A program made the position numbers and the translations under genes. Positions 8,348 to 15,322 of a DNA stretch of 24,000 nucleotides are shown in pieces; the first letter of the stretch is position 1, and each line of letters begins with the position of its first letter. The stretch comes from Acidimicrobiales bacterium (lineage in GTDB: Bacteria > Actinomycetota > Acidimicrobiia > Acidimicrobiales > RAAP-2): contig JADMIJ010000012.1 in NCBI GenBank assembly GCA_015478655.1, positions 25,947 through 49,946 on the forward strand, in the 5' to 3' direction. The notes under the pieces are model-generated. The model was given only the letters and a program-made list of their open reading frames with translations, had not been told where the DNA came from and did not search any database.

Positions 8348-8848
8348 CTACCTCGCCCCCCACGGCGGACGGTGGCTGGCCCAGACCGCCGTCACGTCGT
8401 CCCAGAACACCTCGACCTCGCCACTCTCGACGCGCCTCCGCTCGACCTTCTCCACCGCCGCGTACACCATCCCGAGGACCATGTCCCGGGCGTTCAGCTC
8501 GTTGCGGACCCAGTGCTCCATGATCCGGACCCACGGGAAGGGTGCCCGAGCACGTAGACGTGCCCGGCGCTTCTCGGCGTCCTCGATGTGCGCCTTCCAG
8601 AACCCGACCCTAGACTCCGGGCGGCGGTAGTGGATGTCGCAGGCGTGCCAGAAGCATCCGTCCACGGCGACGTACAATGGCCCGCGGATCGTGGGCACCT
8701 CGACGTCGGCGCTCGGCCGGACCCCGGGGTACATCCGGTGCCGGACGTGGCCGCCCTTGAGGATCTCGTGGACCCGTCGCTCGATCCCGTTCTTCCGGAG
8801 CCCCGTGCCGATCTTCGCCATGTGGGCCGACCGCTGCGCCGGGGTCAT
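8348..8848 (-). CDS. vsr: Vsr-type very-short-patch-repair (T:G mismatch) endonuclease
   Basis: VAVDGCFWHAC...FWKAHIEDAEKRR matches the Vsr core as I remember it. TAG at 8348-8350 lies 1 nt before the dcm GTG. I prefer the ATG at 8848. The track start at 8917 would place a perfect hairpin (8866-8885) inside the coding sequence. Confidence 0.75.
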   Translation of the reverse strand: MTPAQRSAHMAKIGTGLRKNGIERRVHEILKGGHVRHRMYPGVRPSADVEVPTIRGPLYVAVDGCFWHACDIHYRRPESRVGFWKAHIEDAEKRRARLRARAPFPWVRIMEHWVRNELNARDMVLGMVYAAVEKVERRRVESGEVEVFWDDVTAVWASHRPPWGAR

Positions 8849-8865
8849 CGTGTCGGTGACATCCT

Positions 8866-8885
8866 CCCCCGTTTGAAAACGGGGG
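8866..8885. repeat. perfect 9-bp-arm GC hairpin (cccccgttt ga aaacggggg)
   Basis: Inverted repeat read directly, followed by ctt. It lies just upstream of the preferred vsr start. Confidence 0.6.
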
Positions 8886-8941
8886 CTTCCTCGGCGCGGG
8901 CCAGACAGTTCTCCCATCGCACCGACCTACATAAGGGGCTT

Positions 8942-8963
8942 CCCGGGGCCCGAAGGCCCCGGG
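8942..8963. repeat. perfect 9-bp all-GC hairpin with a tetraloop (cccggggcc cgaa ggccccggg)
   Basis: Inverted repeat read directly. On minus-strand RNA the loop is UUCG. It is preceded by ggggctt. Confidence 0.6.
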
Positions 8964-9153
8964 TTCGGATGGTGGTTGCCATCCTGGGTGTTCCCGTCTC
9001 CGGCGTTGGGTGTCTGGCCCGCGTCGGGCGGTTCGTGCTTCACCGACCGGGCTCGCCCCTCTCGGGGTGGAGGCCCGATCTCTACGCGCGTGGATTCCCC
9101 GGTGCCCCCGGGTACGGCAGAGGGGAGGGGCGGGGAGTACTTAGGCTCGCTAA

Positions 9154-9173
9154 CCCCCCTACAAGTAGGGGGG
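9154..9173. terminator. perfect 9-bp-arm hairpin (cccccctac aa gtagggggg) about 20 nt past the end of the replication operon
   Basis: Inverted repeat read directly. It starts 20 nt downstream (minus sense) of the TGA at 9193-9195. No U-tract follows, so it would be a hairpin-only terminator type if it terminates at all. Confidence 0.4.
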
Positions 9174-9192
9174 CTTGCGCTCGCCGACATCG

Positions 9193-9459
9193 TCACCCGG
9201 CCTCCGGCGGGCGGGTCGGGATCTCGAGGCGCCGGTCGTGGAGGAAGTGGAGCAGCGCGGCCAGGTTCCGGTCCCTCCATTCCGGACTACTCACGAGCCT
9301 GACCATCGCCGGCGGGTCGGACGGGTCCAGCACGCGGACCCTGGAGATCAGCAGCACCCCGACCACCTCGCCGACCGTCACCGCCGACGCGGCGGCGAAC
9401 AGCGCGTCCGCCAGGGCCTGCTCCTCGGTGGTGCCCTCGCGCCTCGTCTCGAGACTCAC
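9193..9459 (-). CDS. hypothetical protein (88 aa)
   Basis: The GTG start (9457-9459) overlaps the upstream TGA (9456-9458). Plausible peptide: ...EEQALADALFAAASAVTVGEVVGVLLISRVRVLDPSDPPAMVRLVSSPEWRDRNLAALLHFLHDRRLEI. Confidence 0.55.
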   Translation of the reverse strand: MSLETRREGTTEEQALADALFAAASAVTVGEVVGVLLISRVRVLDPSDPPAMVRLVSSPEWRDRNLAALLHFLHDRRLEIPTRPPEAG

Positions 9460-9683
9460 CACGGCCGCGCCGCCTCCTCCGCTTCTTCCGCGAAGTAGCG
9501 GATCGGCTCGTACCTCTCGCACCGCCGCTGGAGGAACGGCCCCCGGTCGTCCCGGCGCTCCGCCGCGCAGTCGCGGCACGGGCCGTCGAGCGCGTGGTGG
9601 AACTCGTCGTGTCCGCACACTACGTTTTGGCACACACCCGGGCGCCCCCGGTCGGAGGCGAACGTCACGCGGGCCCCGATCAC
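9456..9683 (-). CDS. small Cys/His-rich (Zn-binding-like) protein (75 aa)
   Basis: The GTG start (9681-9683) overlaps the upstream TGA. An ATG at 9695 is an alternative start. Peptide: ...GVCQNVVCGHDEFHHALDGPCRDCAAE... Confidence 0.5.
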   Translation of the reverse strand: MIGARVTFASDRGRPGVCQNVVCGHDEFHHALDGPCRDCAAERRDDRGPFLQRRCERYEPIRYFAEEAEEAARPW

Positions 9684-9862
9684 GGCTTCCTCCATGCCGC
9701 GAGCAGCCGCTCGGCGAACAACCGGGTCGCCGACGACCGCGGAAGCTCCTTGCGCGCCCCGGCCGCGAGGTGGAAGAGGTCCTGCCGCATCTCGGCGATC
9801 AGGGCGTCGTGATCCAGGCAGGCGTTGCACCCGTCGCAGTTGACTAGTCCGCACGACGTCAA
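9680..9862 (-). CDS. small Cys-rich protein (60 aa)
   Basis: The TTG start (9860-9862) overlaps the helicase TGA (9859-9861). Peptide: LTSCGLVNCDGCNACLDHDALIAEMRQDLF... Confidence 0.45.
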   Translation of the reverse strand: MTSCGLVNCDGCNACLDHDALIAEMRQDLFHLAAGARKELPRSSATRLFAERLLAAWRKP

Positions 9863-11508
9863 CGCACCCTCCCCACGTCGGCCCGCGCCCGGAACCACCC
9901 GGGCAGCGACGCCCAGTACCGTCGCAGGAGCCGGTCCGCGTTCGCGTCGAGGATGTAGGTCTCCCCGCGGTCGTCCCTCGAGCGCATCACCCGGCCGCAG
10001 GCCTGGAGCATGTCGGTAATCGCCTGCTCCTCGTACCACTGGCGGCCCCCGGGCCGGTCCCGGCGGCGGACCACCCACGGGTCGCCGAGGTTCGGGTACG
10101 GCGCCTTGATCACGACCTGCCACCGCGCCTGGTCCCCGACGAGGTCGAGGCCCTCCGACATCGCCACGCCGACGAAGACCGAGTCCCGCCGCCCGTCGCC
10201 CCTCCACTCCTCGAGGCTCTCGTTCCGGTCGCCGCGGTCGTGGAACACGAGCCGCGCGGAGAGCCCGGCGGGGGCGTGCGCCTCGACGTGCTCCCGCACC
10301 ATGTACGAGTTGCAGTGGATGATCCCGCGCTCCGCCGGGTGCAGGCGGGCGATGCGGGCCAGCTCGGAGACGACCCGCGGCAGCTCCGAGGCCATCCGCT
10401 CCCTGTTGAGGCGGACGGTTCCCGTGAGGCGGACCGGCGCGTTCGCGGGCGGGAACGTGTCCGGGACGGTGACGGTGGCCCACTCCCCCGGGAGGCCGAG
10501 GTACCTCACGAGGCCCGGGATCCCGAAGAAGGTCGCCGAGCCGAGGAGGATGTGGTCGAACTGGTCCCAGACCCTGGCCACGAACGGGCCCACCTCGAGC
10601 GGGCGCCAGAGGTGCCGTTTCATCGCCGCCTCCCATGTGTGGACCCACTCGACGTCGTCCCGGAAGAGGTTCTCCATGAGCCGTTCGCACCGGCGGACCA
10701 ACGCCGCCTGCCGCTTGACCTCCTTCATCTCCGACCCGCTGTGCGGGTCCGCCGCCGCGGTCATGGCCTCGAGCCCTCGGCGCTGTGTCTCAGTGTAGTC
10801 CGGCAGGTGTTCCCGGAGGAAGTCCAGCGGGTCCTCCGCCAGTCCGATCCCGTCGAAGTCGAACTCCGGGAGCGTCCTCTCCCCGACCATCATCGCGTAG
10901 AACTGGACCAGGTCCTCCGGGAGCCCGTGGGCCTCGTCGACGACGAGGAGTGATCGGGGGTCCCATCCGTAGCCCGGGAGGATGCCGATGAACATGTAGG
11001 CCAGGGTAGTGACGGTGGTCCGGGCAATCTGGGCCGCCGCCTTGGCGGTGTAGTAGGGGCACTCCGGGAGCTTGGGACATCCATTGACGCATTGGTCGGT
11101 GCAGCTCCGGGGGTCCTCCTCGGTATGGTCGTGTTTTCCCCTCGGCCAGTACTTGATGAACGTGCAGGGCGCCCCGTCGGCGGTCGCCTCTGGGTCCCCG
11201 CCGGGCAACCCCCGGACGTGCGGGCACGGGTAGTTGTCCCGGCCGTAGAGCGTGCGGGCCCCGAGCCCATCGAACTTCCCGCCGGGCGCGGTGTCCCGTC
11301 CGTACTGGTCGACGAGGAGGGTCTGCGGGGTCGTGACGTAGGTCGGGCCGGTCCCCCGGGCGGCGAGGAGATGGATCAGGCTCTTGCCCGATCCTACGGG
11401 CGCGTCGAGGAAGACGGTCTTCGTGCCCCCGGCGAAGCGGTCGAGGACGCGCCGGATCGTCTCCTCCTGGTTCTCGCGTAGGACGATGTGCGGGGGCGGA
11501 CGGATCAT
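9859..11508 (-). CDS. XPD/Rad3/DinG-like superfamily-2 helicase with a Cys cluster (putative Fe-S domain)
   Basis: Walker A APVGSGKS is at 11380-11394 and DEAH (VVDEAHGLP) at 10927-10938. A Cys cluster lies between them (YPCP, APCTF, SCTDQCVNGCPKLPECPYY; 11059-11226). The ATG at 11508 overlaps the AbrB TGA (ATGA). Confidence 0.8.
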   Translation of the reverse strand: MIRPPPHIVLRENQEETIRRVLDRFAGGTKTVFLDAPVGSGKSLIHLLAARGTGPTYVTTPQTLLVDQYGRDTAPGGKFDGLGARTLYGRDNYPCPHVRGLPGGDPEATADGAPCTFIKYWPRGKHDHTEEDPRSCTDQCVNGCPKLPECPYYTAKAAAQIARTTVTTLAYMFIGILPGYGWDPRSLLVVDEAHGLPEDLVQFYAMMVGERTLPEFDFDGIGLAEDPLDFLREHLPDYTETQRRGLEAMTAAADPHSGSEMKEVKRQAALVRRCERLMENLFRDDVEWVHTWEAAMKRHLWRPLEVGPFVARVWDQFDHILLGSATFFGIPGLVRYLGLPGEWATVTVPDTFPPANAPVRLTGTVRLNRERMASELPRVVSELARIARLHPAERGIIHCNSYMVREHVEAHAPAGLSARLVFHDRGDRNESLEEWRGDGRRDSVFVGVAMSEGLDLVGDQARWQVVIKAPYPNLGDPWVVRRRDRPGGRQWYEEQAITDMLQACGRVMRSRDDRGETYILDANADRLLRRYWASLPGWFRARADVGRVR

Positions 11509-11762
11509 CGCTTCCTCGCCCTCGGTGTGTCCCACCGCGCGCCCCGTACCCCGACTATCCGCAGGACCAGTACGTCGCCCTCTGCGATGCCCAGGGTCTC
11601 CAGCATCAGATGGTCGACGGTAATCTGGCCCCTCTTCCTCAGTTTCGCCGCGAACTCGATCTGCCGCTCGTCGGGGAGCATCTTGAAACTCTGGTGGCCT
11701 GCCATGCGGGACCCCGTAACACTCTCGGATATATTCTGATTTCCTCGCACGGGCTGGGTCAC
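11505..11762 (-). CDS. AbrB/SpoVT/MazE-type DNA-binding protein (85 aa)
   Basis: KLRKRGQITVDHLMLETLGIAEGDVLVLRIV fits the swapped-hairpin AbrB fold signature. The GTG start (11760-11762) overlaps the primase TGA. Confidence 0.6.
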   Translation of the reverse strand: MTQPVRGNQNISESVTGSRMAGHQSFKMLPDERQIEFAAKLRKRGQITVDHLMLETLGIAEGDVLVLRIVGVRGARWDTPRARKR

Positions 11763-14557
11763 TCGCGCCCCCGGAACGGTAGCCGCTCCGGCCAGCCCCC
11801 GGGCCGGTAGTGCTCCCGGCCGTCCTCGCCGACGTACGACTTGCCCAGGCCCATCAAGCGGCCGAAGGCCCCGCTCACCGCCCCGGCCGAGTGGGCGGTG
11901 CGAAGACGGGTGCGTGTCACGTCTCGGTCCCAGACCCCCGGGCCCTGCGCGTCGAGGATCGGGATCAGGTCCGCGTACGCCGCGTCGATTTCCAGGTCCG
12001 GAGGGGCCGCCACCACTCCCCCCTCATCGCTCCGTTCCAGCGCGGCCCTGGCCCCGTCCGCCCGTGTAGCGCGCCCGGCGAAAACGTCCTCCGGGTCCGG
12101 CGTCGTCCGGCCGGCCCGGCCGGGCTCGAGCGCTAGCTTTTCGTTGTTCCTCCCTGATGCTGTTCCCGAGTTTTTCGGGGAGGCGTTTTGACCCGGCCGG
12201 GCCGGCCGGGCTCCGTCAGTGGACCCCCCCGGACCGTCCGGATCGCCGTCGGTCCGTTGACCCCCCCCTTCGGCGTCGAGCCGTTTCTGTCCGTCGCTGG
12301 TCCCGGGACCCTGTAGCCCGGACTGCGACGAACCCCCGTACCGGAACCTCAGCCCCCTCCACGCTTTCTCGCGTCGGCCCTCCACCTGCGGGCGGTGGGG
12401 GCGTATGCCGGGGACGATCCGCACGATCTCCGCCCCGACCTCCTGTTTGGTCATCGCCTCGGGCACTCCGTTGGCCTCGCAGAACTCCGCGTACCGCGCG
12501 TAGAACTCGTCCTTCAGGACCCACTCGTCGGGGTCGCGCACCACCTCCTCCTGGACGAACCACTCGAGGGACGCGGACCGCTTGAGCCAGTCCTCCGTCG
12601 CCCGCCGCACCGTCTCGCCCGGTGCGAACCGGCCCCGTTCCCATAGACGGTGCCGCCCCTCCAGGGCCCAGTTGAGGATCCCCGGGAGGGACTTGCAGAG
12701 GCGGGGAACGAGGAACGAGTCCCGCCGCTCAAGCGGGATGAAGACCGGCCACTCGATCACGAGGACCCGGCGCTTGAACGCCCCGTCGATCCTCTTGACG
12801 GCGGGGAGACGCTGGCCGCTGAACACCAGCTTGGCGCCGTTGACGAACTTGAACGGCTGCTTGTTCTTCTTCTCGGCCCGGACGTAGTCCCCGCCGGTGA
12901 GACTCTTGAGCTTGTCCGTCTTGGTGAGCGTCTGGAGCGGGATGTCGGCCGCGATGTTGGCGAGCTTCCCGTAGAGCTCCGCCACCGAGAACCGGTTCTC
13001 GGAGATCGTCTGCGGCGGCTCGTGGGAGCAGCTCGCGGTGCCTAGGAGTTCCGCGAGTACCGACAGGAACGTCGACTTGCCGTTCGCCCCCTCGCCGACG
13101 TGGAAGAACATCGTCTGCAGCTCGTTCCCCGGCGAGAGGCAGTAGCCGACCATCTCCTGGATGAGCGTGCGGTTCTCCGGCTCCGGCTGGACCTCGGCGA
13201 GCCACGCGAGGAACGGGGCCGGGTCGGCGTCATTGTCGTACGCCACGGGGATGCGGTACGTGAAGCGGTCCTTCTCGGGATCGTGGTCACGGCGTTCCCC
13301 CTTGCCGAGATCGTACACGCCGTTGACCAGGTTCACGAGGCCGGGCCGGTTGAACGTCTCCCGGTGGACGAAGGTGGCCGCCCGCACGGCGTTGACCACC
13401 TCGTTCCGGTGGTTCTTCTTCGCCGAGGCCGACCTGATTTGGAATTGCCGCTCCACCCACGACTCGATGAACGCCTCGGCGAACCCGTTGTAGACCCCCC
13501 TCTCGTACCGGAGGATCTCCCGGGTGTCGGGGAGGGAGCAGAAGTGCTCCTCCTGCAACACCCGCCATACCGCGCCGGCGTGGACCCACGCGCCCTCGGC
13601 GGACCACATCGGAGGGGGCTCGCCGATCAACGGACCGGTGGCGGGGAAGCCCGGCAGGACGTCCGATGGTGGTGTGGTCGGGCTCTCCACCCGCCGATCG
13701 GCCGGCGCTGATGGGCCGGGCGGGGTACCCGCACTTCCTGCCTCGGGTGTGTGAACCGGGTCGGCGCCGGTGTCCGAGCGGGTGGAGTTGGATGGGGGCG
13801 CGGGCCGGCCGAACTTCCCGAGCGCGGACCGGACCGCAGTCTCGATGTCCCTGTCCCGGGACGGCCACCGGTCGTCGTCACTGGCCGCGTACATGGCCGG
13901 CTTGACGATGGCGAGGGCCTGCGCCTCGGTGATCCCCGGAGTGCGGGAGACGACCGAGGCGGCCAACGAGATCAGGTAGTCGTGCCGGCGGCCGTGCGGG
14001 ATCCGGCCGTCGGTGTCGGTCCCGAACTGGCGGGGCGCGGCCGGCGCCGGAGCGGCCCGGAGGAGCCACCCCGGCAGCATCGGCGGTCTCGGCCCGCCGA
14101 CCAGCGGGACGACCCACTCGTACGTGTTCCCCGAGGCGTGCGGGCTCGGCGGGGCCACGACGTACGAGCCGTCGCCCTGGAGGTCGAGCCCCGGCCGGAA
14201 GCCGTGGGCCGGCGGCACGTTCCCGCCGGGGTGCGCGAAGTACCGGTGCTCCCCGCCTCCGCCCGTCTTCGCGACGGGCCCGCGCGGGAGCAGCCCGTGC
14301 TCCTCCAGCAGGGCCTCGAGGCTGTCGTCGCCGCCGTGGCGCGGGTCGACGTCGAGGACCACGAGGCCGGACACCGACCCCATCGGGACGCCGATCCCCG
14401 CGCCCGGATTCTCGGCCCACCACTTGTGGATCGTGTCCGCGTCCCGGGTCGAGTCCTTGAAACCGTGGGGCGTGAGCGGGGTCTTGTCGGCCTTCACGGG
14501 GAACACGGGGAGGCCCGACTTAGCATAGCAGAGTGCGGCCTCGAGGAGGGTGGTCAT
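11759..14557 (-). CDS. bifunctional primase-polymerase (prim-pol) fused to a D5/P4-type SF3 helicase (932 aa)
   Basis: The N-terminus GLPVFPV...LVVLDVDPRHGG...GGGEHRYF...GSYVVAPPS is a prim-pol signature. Walker A VGEGANGKSTF is at 13070-13096, with downstream D5_C-like sequence. The C-terminal roughly 200 aa are a low-complexity linker followed by a small domain. A single frame runs throughout. Confidence 0.85.
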   Translation of the reverse strand: MTTLLEAALCYAKSGLPVFPVKADKTPLTPHGFKDSTRDADTIHKWWAENPGAGIGVPMGSVSGLVVLDVDPRHGGDDSLEALLEEHGLLPRGPVAKTGGGGEHRYFAHPGGNVPPAHGFRPGLDLQGDGSYVVAPPSPHASGNTYEWVVPLVGGPRPPMLPGWLLRAAPAPAAPRQFGTDTDGRIPHGRRHDYLISLAASVVSRTPGITEAQALAIVKPAMYAASDDDRWPSRDRDIETAVRSALGKFGRPAPPSNSTRSDTGADPVHTPEAGSAGTPPGPSAPADRRVESPTTPPSDVLPGFPATGPLIGEPPPMWSAEGAWVHAGAVWRVLQEEHFCSLPDTREILRYERGVYNGFAEAFIESWVERQFQIRSASAKKNHRNEVVNAVRAATFVHRETFNRPGLVNLVNGVYDLGKGERRDHDPEKDRFTYRIPVAYDNDADPAPFLAWLAEVQPEPENRTLIQEMVGYCLSPGNELQTMFFHVGEGANGKSTFLSVLAELLGTASCSHEPPQTISENRFSVAELYGKLANIAADIPLQTLTKTDKLKSLTGGDYVRAEKKNKQPFKFVNGAKLVFSGQRLPAVKRIDGAFKRRVLVIEWPVFIPLERRDSFLVPRLCKSLPGILNWALEGRHRLWERGRFAPGETVRRATEDWLKRSASLEWFVQEEVVRDPDEWVLKDEFYARYAEFCEANGVPEAMTKQEVGAEIVRIVPGIRPHRPQVEGRREKAWRGLRFRYGGSSQSGLQGPGTSDGQKRLDAEGGGQRTDGDPDGPGGSTDGARPARPGQNASPKNSGTASGRNNEKLALEPGRAGRTTPDPEDVFAGRATRADGARAALERSDEGGVVAAPPDLEIDAAYADLIPILDAQGPGVWDRDVTRTRLRTAHSAGAVSGAFGRLMGLGKSYVGEDGREHYRPGGWPERLPFRGRE

Positions 14558-14892
14558 TGGGGGACCCCGGCTTCCTTCTTGGCGGCCGCGCGGTCACGGG
14601 CCCTATAGCGGGCGGTTTCCATCAGACGCTCGGCGAAGAAGTCGAACCGGGCACCAAGCAAGAGCATGAACTCGCGGTACTCGTCCGCACTCATCGTACC
14701 CTTCACGATGTTGCACCGGGAACAGCAGACGGTTCGATTCTCTGGGTTGTCGTCGCCACCGCGGGCACGTGATGTCATGTGGTCCCCCGAGGGGACCCAC
14801 CGCCGATCCTCGCCAGACATGATGTGTCCGCAATAGGGACACGGCTTTCCGACGAACTCGGGGTACTTGCGTACGGTGACGGACGTGCTCAT
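14554..14892 (-). CDS. HNH endonuclease (112 aa)
   Basis: CPYCGHIM...SGDHMTSRARGGDDNPENRTVCCSRCNIVKG is the HNH/Zn-finger signature. Its TGA overlaps the primase ATG (ATGA at 14554-14557). Confidence 0.75.
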   Translation of the reverse strand: MSTSVTVRKYPEFVGKPCPYCGHIMSGEDRRWVPSGDHMTSRARGGDDNPENRTVCCSRCNIVKGTMSADEYREFMLLLGARFDFFAERLMETARYRARDRAAAKKEAGVPQ

Positions 14893-15322
14893 GCGCGCTC
14901 GCAGGGGACGCCGGCGGCGGCCGGGACGCGGCGACCGCACGAGGGGCAGCGGACGTCACTCGTCGAGGGACACACTCATCATCGCCTCTGGTCGGGGGGG
15001 CGACGCCATGAGCGGAGTCCCTAATGAACATGCGGTTCCAGTTTCCATCGGAAACGGTGGGGGGTCGACGGGGATGGCAGGGCGGGCGGTCCCCCGACCT
15101 TCCGGAAGCGAGATCGCTACCGTCCCGCCGTGCCGGGTACGTATATTGGACAGGGGTCTATATAGCTTCCGGAACCATCGCCCCGTCGCAGTGGTCCAGT
15201 CTGTGCGGGGATGATCCCGGCCCGGTCCTCTCCTCCTCCCTCGCCCCCCCGCCCGGACCGGGGGACCCCGTATCACGACCCCCCCGGCCGGGTTGATATA
15301 CACGAACGAGTTTGTCTTGTCC
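14893..15322. promoter_or_regulatory. divergent control region between the replication operon and the plus-strand operon
   Basis: A 430-bp region without convincing coding sequence. It contains the palindrome cttccggaag (15099-15108) and a second ttccggaa (15167-15174). These flank A/T islands gtatatt (15141-15147) and ctatatag (15158-15165). It also contains the hairpin gtttcc-atc-ggaaac (15041-15055), a pyrimidine tract (about 15227-15255) flanked by cccggtcc/ggaccggg, and ttgatatac (15293-15301) about 25 nt before the ATG at 15323. Confidence 0.55.

Noticed and set aside
7023-8534. The 503-aa ORF (frame B) as an independent gene
   Set aside because: Its first roughly 230 residues are low-complexity and overlap vsr and the motif I-VIII part of dcm. 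Only the segment from about 7802 downward (the WPTP repeats and WLMGFP) looks real. I treat that segment as the displaced middle of the dcm gene.
8848-8917. The longer vsr start (ATG at 8917) given by the ORF track
   Set aside because: The extra 23 codons contain the 8866-8885 hairpin and add nothing Vsr-like. The ATG at 8848 begins MTPAQRSAHMAKI, which is closer to typical Vsr N-termini. It is not excluded.
8955-8975. tRNA-like T-loop resemblance (ggccccgggttcggatgg)
   Set aside because: No complementary T-stem, acceptor stem or anticodon arm could be built around it on either strand.
8866-9173. The possibility that the repeated hairpins form a CRISPR-like array
   Set aside because: The three palindromes differ in sequence, their spacing is irregular, and there are only three. 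They do not have CRISPR architecture.
8927-9190. A P/G-rich 87-aa ORF filling the gap between the two minus-strand operons
   Set aside because: It abuts both neighbours tightly, which counts in its favour. However, the peptide is low complexity, its third-position G/C is only moderate (about 74% by hand count), and it would contain two perfect 9-bp hairpins. I kept it as an alternative in the hairpin finding rather than calling it a gene.
12130-12200. A locally A/T-richer stretch inside the primase gene, considered as a possible internal promoter or terminator
   Set aside because: It stays in frame and encodes a hydrophilic linker (QNASPKNSGTASGRNNEKLALEP). Only a weak 5-bp stem (cccga/tcggg) is present. 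This is most simply a linker of different composition.
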